Below, in pieces: positions 39,290 to 52,677 of a stretch of 64,000 nt of DNA. The stretch's first letter is position 1. Every line of letters starts with the position of its first letter. Location of the stretch: positions 124,744,001 to 124,808,000 of the forward strand of contig OZ024741.1 in the NCBI GenBank assembly GCA_964016885.1, read 5' to 3'. The notes beneath the pieces are model-generated. The model did not search any database. It worked only from the letters and a program-made list of their open reading frames with translations, and was not told the DNA's origin. This DNA comes from Eledone cirrhosa (Eukaryota). The position numbers were made by a program, and so were the translations under genes.

Positions 39290-42200
39290 CAAAGACGACA
39301 ACTATGCCTGTAAGAAACTTGGCACCACCTGTACCATCTAAGTCTACCTCGAATGCTGGGGCAAACACTATCGATAATAATAATAATCGAAGAAATAATA
39401 ATAATAATCGAAGAAATGTGACACCACGTGTACCATCCGAGTCTATCTCGACTGTTGTGGAAAATACTATCGATAATGATCATCAAAAGTATAAACAATT
39501 GAAAATTTCCCTCAACGAAATCTTCCAGAGAGAAATTAACTCATGTATAATATCTCTCTTGCTGAACGTGTTAAAATGACAATGGTGAATAAAAAACCAA
39601 ATAATGAAATACTACGTGTTATTGACGAAATAGGGGATGAATATTTACGACGGATAAAAACCCTAACATTTTGGCAAATCAACGCCTGTTTATATGCCTT
39701 AGCAATGACCATGAAGCATTATCTTGGTGATAGCAGAGACATTAACAAGAACAAAACACCACCAAAAATACCATCATATAAAACTAAAATAGAAAAACAG
39801 AGTGCTCACCTACGAAAAAACATAGGACATGTGACAATGCTCCTTACATGCAAACAAACACACAAAAACCTCACTCCTCACCAACAAAGAGTGGAAAATA
39901 AAATAGAGACGATGTTTGGTAACTGTAGAACCAGAACTCTCCCATATAAGTTGATCACCCTCAAACAAGAATTGAGAGGTGTTAGTGAAAAACGCCGATA
40001 CCTGAAGAAGGTAGATGAGATAAAAGTGCTTAATAAAAGATTCAGACGAAACCAAACATCAGTCTATAGAGATATGAAGGGCAAAATAATAAGTCACTGA
40101 GGCCCCATCCCAGAAAGACAGTTTCCTTTTGGAGAAAAATATGGGTTGAAAAGAAGAATTTCAACCAAGATGCAGTGTGGCTAAGAGAAATCCGAAAGAA
40201 CTATTGCTCCTACACTACAACAAAAACATACGAAATAAGTGAGGATACCGTTGAGACTGTGATAGGAAAACTCCAAGATAAGAAAACACCAGGAAGAGAC
40301 ATGATTGTCGGCTACTGGTACAAAAAACTAATATTCTATCGGGGGTATCTTACTGATCTTTACCAATAAGTTCTTAAGCGAGATACACTTATACCAGAAT
40401 GGTTGACATTAGCACAAACGTTACTGGTCCCCAAGAACAAAGACACCCACTTGGCAAAAAATTACCGACCCATTGCATGCCAGAACCTGATGTATAAGAT
40501 GTATACCTGAACCTATACTGCCTGAACCTATTCCTCCAAGATCACTGTGAAAATAATAACATCATCATAGATGAACAAGCAGCTGGAAAGAAAGGGGTTT
40601 GGGGATGAGCTGAACAACTCCTAATCAACAAAACTGCGATGTCGGAGGTGCGACAACTTAGGAGGGATATGACTACAGTCTGGCTGGACTACAGGAAAGC
40701 TTTCAATTCTGTTCCCCACTCTTGGATTATAGAGGCCCTCCAACTTGCTAAAGTCCCAGACATTATTGTCAGAGCCATAGAGAGGCTGTCTTCTTCTTGG
40801 GCTAATATCCTAAGGTTAAAGACAGAGAAGGAGGACTCTATTTTCACTGATAAAATAAAATATTTCAGGGAGACACTCTCTCTGTGATGTTGTTCATCTT
40901 GTCATTAAACCCCTTGTCATTTCTGCTCAAGAAATGTGAGGGATACATCATTGGCTCACGGGAGGACAGAAATACGAACCTAACCCATAATTTCTTTGTG
41001 GAAGATCTGAAACTCTATGCCAAGAACATGGATGGGATTAAGAAAAATCTTGACCTGGTTACAAGGTTCTAAAAGGATATAGCAATGGAGTTTGGCCAAG
41101 ATAAATGCTCATACATGAGTGTAAAGCGGAGAAAAACAACAACCCAATCTAGCAACATTGTCATCAATGGTCTAACTGTTTCACCAATATCTGATGAGGA
41201 CTGCTACAGATAACTGGGGATAGATGAGAACATATCCTATAATGGTAGCTGTAATAAAGAACGCGTAACCAGCGATTAAGAAAGATCTGGTCATCGGAAC
41301 TCTCTGCGCAAAACAAAACAGGGCTCACAATGTATTTGCTGTGCCTGTCCTAACACCAACGTTTGGAATACTCAATTGGACAATAGACGAAATACGAGCA
41401 GTTGATGTTGGAACTCGAAAAATACTGAACAACACCGGAAACTTCCACATCAACAGTGACATAGACCGCTTTTACTTGAAACGTAAGCAGGGAGGCTGAG
41501 GTCTAACATCAGTCCAGACAACATTTGAATGTCGCATCATATCTCTCCGATGACATCTACGAACCTCGAAGCGTAGGAGTCCGCTTCTCGAGCAAGTCTA
41601 TCTGCATGAAACAGATAAGATCATGAGAGTTGGGACGTAACCCCTTAAGAGATATTCCCTGTGTGATAATCAAAAACTCACACCCAGGGATGTCGCTCAG
41701 CAGTATCGCAGTGAATCCATGGATGAAAAACTGCATGCCTATCAGCAAAAAATCATGCATGGATATGTTGCCAGGGAGCTCCAGAGTGAGAGTAATATAG
41801 ATAAGGAAAGTAGTCTATATTGGACCAACAAGAGCTATATTGGCTCCCACTTTGAAGGATGCGCTTTTGCAATCCAGGAACAAGAGATTAGCACGAAATA
41901 CCTGATTCACAAAAGAGATAGGGATGCAGGCAAAGCACCTAGATGTGATAACAAGTGCAGACTCTGCAAAACTAACATCGAGGATATCACCCAAGTCATC
42001 AGCAGCTGTCCAAAGATGTCATCGCGGTACTATCTACCTATGAGGCATGATGTATTGGCCAAAACACTGTACAATGCAGTTCATAAAAAAGATAGCCCCG
42101 ATAATAAACACATTAAAAGCTACAACAATGTGGAAGACATCCATGTACATAATATGAAAGAGTACTGGTGGAATGTTTCAGTAAAAACCCCAATAAAATG

Positions 42201-42780
42201 CAGGCATAACAGACCAGATATTATGATATGGGGCAGGGAGAAGAAAACATGCACAGTAATGGAAATTAGTTGCCCAGCAGATGCTAATATAATATCAAAG
42301 ATTAGTGAAAAGGAGAATATTTATGCAGAACTGATGAGAAATCTGCAGATACTCCACCCTGATTACACCTTCAGATTTATGCCTATGATGGTTGGTGCAC
42401 TGGGATATGTTAGTAACTGCCTCAATACAAATCTTGAGAAGCTGGACTTCACTGGAACAGAAAGAACACAATTAGTTAGGAAATTACAAGTACAATACAT
42501 TAATGGAACGAACAGTAAAAATATGTTAAACATTCCAAAAGTTTGCATCTAATAACTGCATATACACATGTACACATGCACGCATACAACTCAAATCATC
42601 CACATCCACACATACAATAACATCCATATCTACACATGCATGCATACATACATAATCTACTTAGTTGATGTTGTGTAAATTCCAATGAGAGAGTCTTGTG
42701 TATATGTTAGAAACCGACTCTCTTTCTATTGGTAAAACTTTGTGAAATTATAAAACCAGAAGAACATACATAGATACATA
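39290..42780 (+). mobile_element. Near-full-length decayed R4/Dong-like RT-RLE element B
   Basis: Fragments KTPGRD, NYRPIAC, WLDYRKAFNSVPH, FVEDLKL, CRLC..., RHD, NRPDIMIW, EISCP, with many stops and frameshifts. Clearly homologous to, but diverged from, element A. Confidence 0.85.
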
Positions 42781-43103
42781 AATATATGGCTTAAGGATTA
42801 TGACGCTGGTTTCATGAGTTCAAATCCCATTTCGAATAGTGCGTTGTTTCCTAGAATAAGCCATTTATTTCACGCAGCATAGATATTTGCCATTCCATTC
42901 AACAGCATTATAGGTGTGGATAGCGGACACTGCTATGCAGGGTCCACTCCAGATCTTCCACAAAACACCTTGTCCAAATGAATGACATGGAAAGAAGAGT
43001 TCCTTGTGTAACCTCATTGCTCATAAAAATGGGAAAGTTTTCCCGCCTCCATCTACACCTATATTCCGTATTGATGGCGGGATATATATATATATATCCA
43101 GAG

Positions 43104-43213
43104 TGTAGAGCACTCAGTAAGTGGGTCGTGTTTATCATTAAATTGATTACTACAACGAAGATATAACACGAAAACCAAGGGTACAGGTTTTATTGGACAG
43201 CCTCAACCCTCTC
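43104..43213 (+). repeat. ~110-bp dispersed direct repeat, copy 1
   Basis: TGTAGAGCACTCAGTAA...TTGGACAGCCTCAAC recurs at 44062-44171. Confidence 0.85.
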
Positions 43214-43259
43214 TCTTTCTCCCCCTCTATACATATATATAGTGTGAGAGAGAGATACT

Positions 43260-43990
43260 ACTTTGACCCTAAACTCCGTCAGTTGCAGACTGCGCATCAA
43301 CATGAGATATTTTTCTCCACAAAGTTTGATCACCAACAGTAGAGTTTAAAGAGCAAAGTTCAAGTGCAGTCCATAAGTTGACATTATCAACCATCGTTTT
43401 GGCTGCCGGACTCTGCTTCTCCTACCAGTCATCCTTCCTTCCAGGCATAACCTATTCACACCATGAGTTGATCTTTTTATATGGCCGTATAGTTTGAGTA
43501 CACTTGACTTGACAATTGATGTAATTGGTCTAAGTTTGATAATATTGAGCAGCTCACTGATACAGATACGGTCGCTGTGCTCCTTGCCAGTCATAAGTCT
43601 CATGATGTGTTCTGGAATGTAGAGAGTTTCTGAACTTACCTTGTTGTCCAATTAACACAGTCAAGACCATATAACACAACTGGCATCGAAGTTCTTAGCC
43701 TTCAACTGATAGGAAACTCGTTTTGATGTTAGTACTTCCTTGTTCTTGATGAAAGCTGCCCAACCTAGAGCGATTCGATATTGCGCAGAAACCATTCCAT
43801 TGTTGTTTGATGATATTTGCTGGTTGTAGATTGTGAGTTGGAGATTGGCATTGTTTTTGTCAGTTGTCATACACTTTGTTTTGGAGATGTTGAAGCGCAA
43901 GCCATCCTCCTGCAAATGTTTGGCTAATACATTCAATAAGTCTTGCAGATCAGTTCTCGAGTAACTCATGATGGCCATTTCGTCTACTTA
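43260..43990 (-). mobile_element. Decayed RTE-like LINE 3' fragment
   Basis: DLQDLLNVL, GLRFNISKTKCM, RIALGWAAF, LKLYGHIKR, GRMTGRRSR...PKRW. Confidence 0.75.
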
Positions 43991-44061
43991 GTTAAGATTT
44001 AATAGGATCTTACCTCCTATGTGATAGCCAGTAGAGGCTATCATATATATATATATAATTT

Positions 44062-44171
44062 TGTAGAGCACTCAGTAAATGGGTCGTGTTTATCATTAAA
44101 TTCATTACTACAACGAAGACATAACACGGAAACCAAGGGTACAGGTTTTATTGGACAGCCTCAACTCTCTC
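44062..44171 (+). repeat. ~110-bp dispersed direct repeat, copy 2
   Basis: Homologous to 43104-43213. Confidence 0.85.
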
Positions 44172-44989
44172 ACTCCCTAGGTGTCTTTATACCAGTGTGT
44201 GTTTGTGTGTATGTATATTCAGGTGAGAGAATAATTGATTTATTAAGCATCTAATTTGTATACGTCTCGGCTGCTGTGTTATTATTGTGAACGTACTAAT
44301 GTGACGCCATATCACTTAGTTACATGTTTATCAAATTAAATCCATCACGAAACGTCAAACAAATGTTTGTGTCATCTTCATTAATAGATTTTATACTTAG
44401 TTTATTACATATAAACGATTCTAAAGAGTTCACGTTGTATATATAACACAGCAAACAATTAGAATTGTACGTTCTCTGTAATTTGCACTACTTTGAAATC
44501 TGTTTATTCTAATTTTATACGTCACGGATTGCTGTGACAAACACGATAGAACACGTTTGATTTAATGTCTAGTCACCATTATTATTGGTTTTCCTCTAAA
44601 GAACATGATTTCTGTAGGAAATGATATCGATTTTTCTCCTCTCTATATATGGTTAATGTGGTTAACGATAAAATACCAAATTCAGTGGTAATATTATTTA
44701 TAGCAATCTTAGCCGGGTCAGATTCTCCAAGAAGCATCTGTTCATCTGAACTTCTGCTAAAAATGTAACAGTGTGTTACTCAGTACGACTGAAACCATTC
44801 GTTATGGGTGCGGTTAATTTACCTAAATGCTGCTACCATAATCCTAGATGTGCATGTATGCATGGTCCGGCGTTTCTAAGGCATTTTTAAACTGATGGAG
44901 CCCATCTTATATCTTGATATAAATACAGCAGATTTCTTCCAGGGAAAGATATAGAGTGGGAAGTAAGAAAAAAGAGATAGAAGAAGAAT

Positions 44990-45135
44990 CGACTCTATTA
45001 CTTTTTAATCGACCTAGAATGGATGAAAGACAAATATGACCACGGCCGGATTTGAACTTATAGAACAGTGAACCGAAACGAATACTGTAAAGCATAGTAT
45101 CCGATGTTGTTACGATTCTGCCAATTCACTGCCTG
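44990..45135 (-). mobile_element. Diverged tRNA-type SINE fragment
   Basis: Reverse complement contains GAATTGGCAGAATCGT...GTTCAAATCC...CTTTCATCC...GTCGAT, as in the SINE at 46290. Confidence 0.65.
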
Positions 45136-45241
45136 ATACTGAATTTACTTAAACACTAAGAAAATTTTAATAGACTACTATGGATTGTTGAGAAATTAAT
45201 ATAATTGTTATTATCTTATTTTTTCAACATTTTAGTTAGAA

Positions 45242-46727
45242 CTAGCAGAATGGCCCGGCGTTGCTCGGCGTTTGCTCTAGGGTTCTTATATATTTGATAT
45301 ATATTTATCCTTATCGAGCCTTGTGAAATAAATACGTTTGTTTATATTTTGTTATTTTGTATGCAAATATATCTGTATACGAATATATATATACTAGAGG
45401 TGGTACCCGGCGTTGCACGGGATACGGTATTTTGGAATGCGGGCCGCCAACAGACCTAATCGTGGAAAAACTGCATGCCAGGACAATATGTAAAGAAAAT
45501 AAACCGAATACTCTGATGGCCGGATAATCTTTAAGATTTTCCTCGAGGAAACAGGAAAAATGCAGGTTTTCCCCTAATGGGGGTCCTAGGGGATCAAGAA
45601 AATGAATTTTTTTTATGCCTTGAAATTTCGGTAAAATCGGCTAGACGAAACGCCTGAAAAAAGCCCTAACAAGCTGAAAAAATGATGTTTTTCACCTAAT
45701 TCGGGCCCTAGACCATAAAATTATGTATATATATATATTAAATAATTATATATATATATTAAAATAACAGATTAAAGTTTAAGCAAAGAATCAATGTTTT
45801 CACACTTAACGGGATCTTCTGAAACTAAAAAAATTAATCTCTGAACGCAAGAAAATGAATCGCTGCTTTCACCCTTAACGGGATATTCTACCTAAAAGCA
45901 GTATGAAGTACACTAAGACTAACTGATGTAATCGTTGGCCTTGTTTGTTTATATTTTGTTTTTGTGTATGCAAAAATATCTGTCAGTGATGCATGCGATT
46001 ATGTAATCGCCAGCCTTGTTTGTTTATATTTTGTTTTTGTGTATGCAAAAATATCTGTACACGAATATCTATATTAAAATATCATATTAATGTTTAAGCA
46101 AAGAATCGCTGCTACAACCTTAACGGGATCTTCTTAAACTAAAAAAAATCAATCTGGACAACAGGAAGACGATACTTTGGTTCGTGAAGACGTTCCCTGG
46201 CATAAGAATATATATACACAGACACACTGATCGCGTCATAATGTCGTAATGCAGACAGTCAGGCATACAGACAGATATTATGAAGGCGCCGTGGATTGGC
46301 AGTATCGTTAGAGCGCCAGACACCATGCTTTGTAGCATAGTTATGGCCCTTCATGATCTGAGTTCAAATCCCGCCACGGTTAACTTTTCCTTTCATCCTT
46401 AAGGGGTCGATAAAATAAAGCACCAGTAATGCACTGGGGTCGATTTAATCGATTTCCCCTCCCCAAAATTGTTGGCCTTGTGCCTATACTAGAAATCATT
46501 ATGAAGGCGCGACGTCATATCTATGTATCTATCTAAAAAGAGAAAGACTAAGAGAAAGAGAAAGAGCTCGCTAAATCGCCTAATGCGGTCCCTAGAGCAT
46601 TGAAAATTTGAAATTTATTTTGCTCAAAACACTTCCGGGGCCATACGGGTTACATGTGTAAAGTTTGAAAAAAACGGTTGGGTACTTCTCGAGTTTTAGG
46701 GAAACAGACACACAGACAGACATCCTC

Positions 46728-46786
<59 letters not shown>

Positions 46787-47243
46787 TAACAGATTAAAGT
46801 TTAAGCAAAGAATCGCTGCTTTCACCCTTACTGGAATCTTCTGAAACTAAAAATATCAATCTGTGAACGCAGAAGTAAATATTTCGAAAAATGTTACATA
46901 CTATATATATATATACACCCACTGTATATACATATATATATATATACACACACACATAGCGTCATAATGTCGTAATGCAGACAGCCAGACATACAGACAG
47001 TTTGTATAAGGGCGCAACGTTATATCTATGAATCTATCTAAAAAGAAAGACTATGAACTATAGAGAGAGATCGCTAAAATCCTAATGCGGTCCCTAGGTC
47101 GTTGCAAATTTGAAATAGTTCTTGCTCAAAAGACTCACAGGGCCATAAGTATTACATGTGTAAAGTTTGAAAACAATAGGTTGGGTGGTTCTCGAGTTTT
47201 AGGTAGTCAGACAAACAGACATTCTCTGTTTTAGATATATAGA
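45242..47243 (-). mobile_element. Composite non-autonomous Helitron-like element
   Basis: Minus strand starts A|TC at 47243 and ends CTAG|T at 45242 with a GC-rich subterminal hairpin. A second hairpin+CTAG end lies at 45394-45425. Internal duplicated blocks. Confidence 0.75.
46290..46500 (+). mobile_element. tRNA-type SINE inserted in the Helitron with 13-bp TSD
   Basis: B-box-like GAGTTCAAATCC. TSD ATTATGAAGGCGC at 46277-46289 and 46498-46510. 3' end CCTTGTGCCTATACTAGAAATCATT. Confidence 0.85.
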
Positions 47244-47991
47244 TAAAAATGCACTCAAGATTAGTCAAATTATGTATAATTTTAAAGGTCATTTTATTAT
47301 AACTCTTTCTATATATTCATTTTTATAACTTTGAAATTAAGTTGTGAAACCAGGATTTTCGCCAAATGTATTTCTATGCGTTAAAGGTCGGCGATATTGC
47401 AACACAAACTACTAAAAACATTAATGAAGTTTGGAGCCAAAAAGTTTTAATATATACACAGTGCAACGTTCGTTTCAAATATTCCATTGTGGTAATTCCA
47501 CTCTTGATTATAATAAATATTGTGAACATCTTTCTGCCATGAATGACGGTGAATTGAAACATGTGGTGGAACAAATCCTCGCACAGCTGTTCGAGATCTT
47601 GCAGGTAAACTAGCAGGTGAAATTCGAATTCTTTTTAAACAATTGAATCGGTCGAAGAAACTTAGCGAAACGCGTCACCGACGAAGGAAATGCCGGCAAA
47701 ACCAGTAATCAGGATACCGCCGAATCTGACGAATACAATATCATCAAACTAGGCGTTGCATATTTCCTCAAGCAGCCCGACTTTAATGATATGGATCAAG
47801 ATATAATACCATAACTAGACTATTACAGATCTACTTTAAGAGATGCAAAAATACATATTATGTACCTCTGATTTCACTACCGTTTCAATAATTGGTAAAT
47901 AAATATATTGATACGAACGCAGTATATTCGAATTATAACAACGTCTATAATTATTATATTATTCTGTCCGTAACAAAAGACATGTTTGTAC

Positions 47992-48125
<134 letters not shown>

Positions 48126-48237
48126 TGTCTGTGCGTGTGTGTGTATTCACTTATGGCTCGGTAGTGAATCATGTTATGCTGGCTGGAATTTCACCTGCGC
48201 ACTTACTGGATCGTTAGACTCATAGCACAACACCATG

Positions 48238-48299
<62 letters not shown>

Positions 48300-49526
48300 T
48301 GTGTGTGTGGGCGCGTGTGTGTGAATATGTGTGTGTTTTGTGCGTATGTATGTGGAGGGGTGTTGGTGTGGAGCCTATCCTTTTTTCCAGTTACAGCAAG
48401 TAAGGTAAATGAAATAATCGCTTACAATTTATGAGAATTTGAAAAGTTTCATTCATATCTCCGCTATCTTTAGATATGTCAGATAGCGAAATCGAAACAA
48501 AACGTGCACGGAAATACTGCAGACATTTTAGAACGAAAAATAACTTTGAAGCCATCACATTTACTGGGTACTGCAGTCTATAATTGTTTTTATGTTTTTT
48601 ATTTGGGGTTGGAGGTTAGGATTGTGTTTTTCTGTTTGTGCGACAGTTAGTGAGTCGTTGAATCCTAGAATACGTAAGCGTGCACTCATGTATGTATATA
48701 TATATGTGTGTGCATATTGTGTGTATGTATGTATTTATGTGTGTATGTATTTATGTATGTATGTATGTAGGAATATTGTATTCATGTGCAATAGTGAATC
48801 TGTCGTTGTGTATGTATGTATGTATGCATACATGTATGTATGTGTGCGCAACTGTCTATTTATTAAATAGATTGACTTACTCTCATTGGTGCAGAATTTT
48901 TGAAAAATATCAATTAATTAATCTGATAGTATCTGATATATTGAACTGAGAAAAATCGATGTCTTATCATAGCAGATATTGTTTGTTTTGAATTTAATAC
49001 AAAGAAACATAACCCTATTGAGCATACATGTCATGAGTGCAAGAGCGGGGACAGTATAGAAATGGATAAAGAAAGAACGAAAGAAGAGAACAAACAAAGA
49101 GACAGATAAAAAATGTATAGAGGCGAATGTTATATAGTTAGACAAGCAAACAGTGAAAAATGGTAATATAAGTCAATAGAATAATAAAAGTAAGAGGTAT
49201 GGGTAAATATGCATAAAATTTGAACGAAGCATATACATATATTCGTACAGGCACACATTTAGGTACTTATACATTGCCTTTTTTATTTCCTTCTTCCAGT
49301 CACTTCTGTGTGCCAGTGCATTTCTCCTTGTCTTTCTTCTCTTTCAATATTTTCTATATGTCATCTGGCTGTCACCCACCTTGTGGATTGTCTCTCTATT
49401 GATCACTGGCTGCTGGTCTTTGTCTTCTGGGGCATTTTTGCCCATCGCTGTCTTTAACAGCATTTAGCTGTTTTAACGGCTGTTCGAGCGATGTTCGCAC
49501 TTTTATATGTATTCAATATATATACA

Positions 49527-49614
<88 letters not shown>

Positions 49615-49699
49615 AGAGAGAGAGACACACACTCAGACAGAAATAGAGAGAGAGAGAGATGTGTAGGTATGTCTGTGTGCATGTTCCTGTTGTTCAATG

Positions 49700-50015
49700 A
49701 ACGGAAAAGCCTGCACGTGTAATTAACGTGTAATTAAGTGAGACTTCCACAAACACAGAATAAGTTTAACATCAACCTCAGGAAATTGTGAGTGTGAAAA
49801 GGCAGAACGATTGAATTACAAGAACAGTCAGTGCGACGGGCTTACTGTGTTCATCTACTCGATGTCTCTCACACGGTTTATGTAGCCTAAGACTATTTTA
49901 AATGACACTTGGTCAAGTGTTATTTACAATAGCTTCGTATGCCACGCAGTGATATCGAACCTCGAAACTAATTATTATGAAGCGAACGTCTTAACCACTC
50001 GGCTAAGCTGCGTCT
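49700..50015 (-). mobile_element. Diverged tRNA-headed SINE-like element (second family)
   Basis: Reverse strand has A-box-like TAGCCGAGTGGTTAAG and B-box-like GGTTCGATATC. A related copy lies at about 62820-63082. Confidence 0.55.
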
Positions 50016-50104
50016 ACAAAGATTTGTAAAATGTATAAACAAAACAATATGTATATTATTATTTTTATTATTAATAGGTGGGTGATATAAGAAACCATTA
50101 TTAA

Positions 50105-50760
50105 TAGGTCGGTGGATTGGCAGTATCGGTAGAGGGTCGGACGCCATGCTTTGCAGCAAAGAGTTTCGTCCCTTTATGGTCTCAGTTCAAATCCCGCCGA
50201 GGTTAACTTTGCCTTTCATCCTTACGGGGTCGATAAAATAAAGTACCAGTAATCTACTGGTGGATTGCTGACCGTGTACCAAAAGTAGAAACAATTATTA
50301 ATAGGTCGGTGAATTGATAGTATCGATAGAGCATCAGAATGGCGGAATGTAGTTACCGCCCTTTACGTTCTGATTCCAAATTCCTAAATAAAGTACCAGT
50401 AACATATTGGAGGCGATTTTATCGTGGTCGATAAAATAAAGTACCAATAATGCATTTAATCGAATTTACTCCTCCCCCTAACTGTTGGCTTTGTGCCTAA
50501 ATCAGAAATCATTATTACTAAGGCGGCGAGGGGCGGTAGATTGGCCGTATCGGTATAGGGTCGGACGCTAGGCTTTGCAGCAAAGAGTTACGGCCCTTTA
50601 TGATCTGAGTTCAAATCCCGCCGAGGTTAACTCTGCCTTTCATACTTACTGGGTCGATAAAAGTAAGCATCAGTAATGCACTGGGTCGATTTAATCGACC
50701 CCCCCCCTCACTCAAATTGCTGGCCTTGTGCCTAAGGTAGAAACCATTATTATTATTATA
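50105..50760 (+). mobile_element. Three tandem head-to-tail tRNA-type SINEs
   Basis: Units at about 50105-50297, 50302-50517 and 50522-50757, each GGTGRATTGGCAGTATCG-like head...GTCGATAAAATAAAGTACCAGT...AGAAAYCATT-like tail. Confidence 0.85.
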
Positions 50761-51487
50761 AAATTATTAATACCATAAAATTATTATTATCATAAAATTA
50801 TTATTATCTTCAAATTATTATTATTATAAAATTATTATTATGTTTATAATTACATTTAAAGAGTTCTTTTGAAAATAATAAAATGACATTTTTAAATTGT
50901 TATCCTTTGTAAACCCAACCCAATTCACTTTATCTTGAATAAAATATAATAAATACAGAAAACGTATTAAATGTAAATTAATTATCTATAAATAAAAATA
51001 ACTTAGAAGATAATCTCCCGTAGTATCGAATGAAACAAGGAAAAAGAAACACTGCAAAAGCTTTTTTGAAATCAAAACATATCAAAAACAAACCCCCACA
51101 AAATGAATTCAGAATTATACAACAATAATTAGAAAATCATAATTGATATTTATGAGAGAAATAAAATATGAGAGATCGTGATCTGAACTCAGAGGAAGCT
51201 TTGAATACAATTATATTTTAAAGAAAAAAGTAATAGTTTATTAAATCAAGTCTCTATGATATTACGCGCATCTCGATGTTGTTTCAAGAAAACACGAATA
51301 CAGACAAGGAATTAAGCTAAAGTACAGATACACACACATATATATATATACATATATATATATAAACATACATATATCCACACGCATATGTATCCATATA
51401 TGTGGATACTCACATATACGTATATATATATATATATATGTATATATGTGAGTGTGCCTGTCTTTAAATATATATATATATATATAT

Positions 51488-51611
51488 ATTAATAGGTGGG
51501 GGATATAAGAAACCATTATTAATAGGTCAGTGGATTGGCAGTATCGGTAGAGTGTCGGACGCCATGCTTTGCAGCAAAGAGTTTCGGCCCTTTATGGTCT
51601 CAGTTCAAATC
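51488..51611 (+). repeat. Duplicate of 50069-50191 (flank + SINE 5' half), truncated by a Penelope-like remnant
   Basis: Near-identical TTAATAGGTGGG-GATATAAGAAACCATTATTAATAGGTC...CAGTTCAAATC. Confidence 0.85.
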
Positions 51612-52646
51612 AGACTCCAGTGCCACGGAACACCCGCCAAACGCCTTACGGTCGAACAACGAACTATCTTCATCTTACAGACCCACACTCCCCCCGCCTG
51701 AACTCCCCACCCTTATTCCTTTAGCCTTCGACCGCCCCCCTCACCCCACACTTATCCCCCACTAACAACACTAACACACCCCTCCTTTTCACCGCCCACC
51801 CCACAACTAACAATACTAACACCTCCACTCCACCCCCCATCTGACCACCCCACACGCAACTAACATCACTAACACCCCCCAACCCCACGCACACGTACCC
51901 ACACACCCTCGTACACCACCAACTCTACACACCCTACCACCACTAACCCCCACTCACACCTGCATTCAACCCCTCCCTACCTCCCGTATACTAACACCCA
52001 CTAACACCTCTTCATCAAACTACACACACACCAGTACACCACACTCCCTCCATAGAACCACACACACCCTTCTCTCACCGCTCCACCCACACCGTCGCTT
52101 CACACTCACTCATCCCACTAACACCCCTACTAATACACACACACACACCCTCCTCACTCCAACTTTCATACCTACCCATCCTCGCCCCTTTACCATTCCA
52201 CCGACTGCTGCCAGCACAAACTGACCACCTCCCAGCACAAACAGACCACAGCACTCCCACTGCTGACCACTTCCTGTTGCGCGCGCACCCCACATCTCTC
52301 CTCTTCTGACCATCGCTTCATGGAATACCCACACGCAGAAATTGACCAACAACCAATCCACTAAACATCTTCGGAATTTACCAACTTTTCAACCATCCTC
52401 TTACGTAATCACCTATATAACTCACCCACACACACACCCCAAACAAATTTTTTTCTCCACACGCCACCTACACCCACAACACGCTTAAACCCCACACACA
52501 CGTGCTTTCCACCACATATTTACACCCTCAGACTCCTGATTCCTCTCCCCCCACCCCTCTATCCACACACGCACAGACACTCCGACCCCCCCACACACAC
52601 ACCTCTTCTTGAACATGCAACCCCGTTCTTCCCCAACCCTTACTTT

Positions 52647-52677
<31 letters not shown>

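Noticed and set aside
47650-47700. Possible hammerhead (GGTCGAAGA...CGAAACGCGTCACC)
   Set aside because: The CTGANGA core is incomplete and there is no clear stem II.
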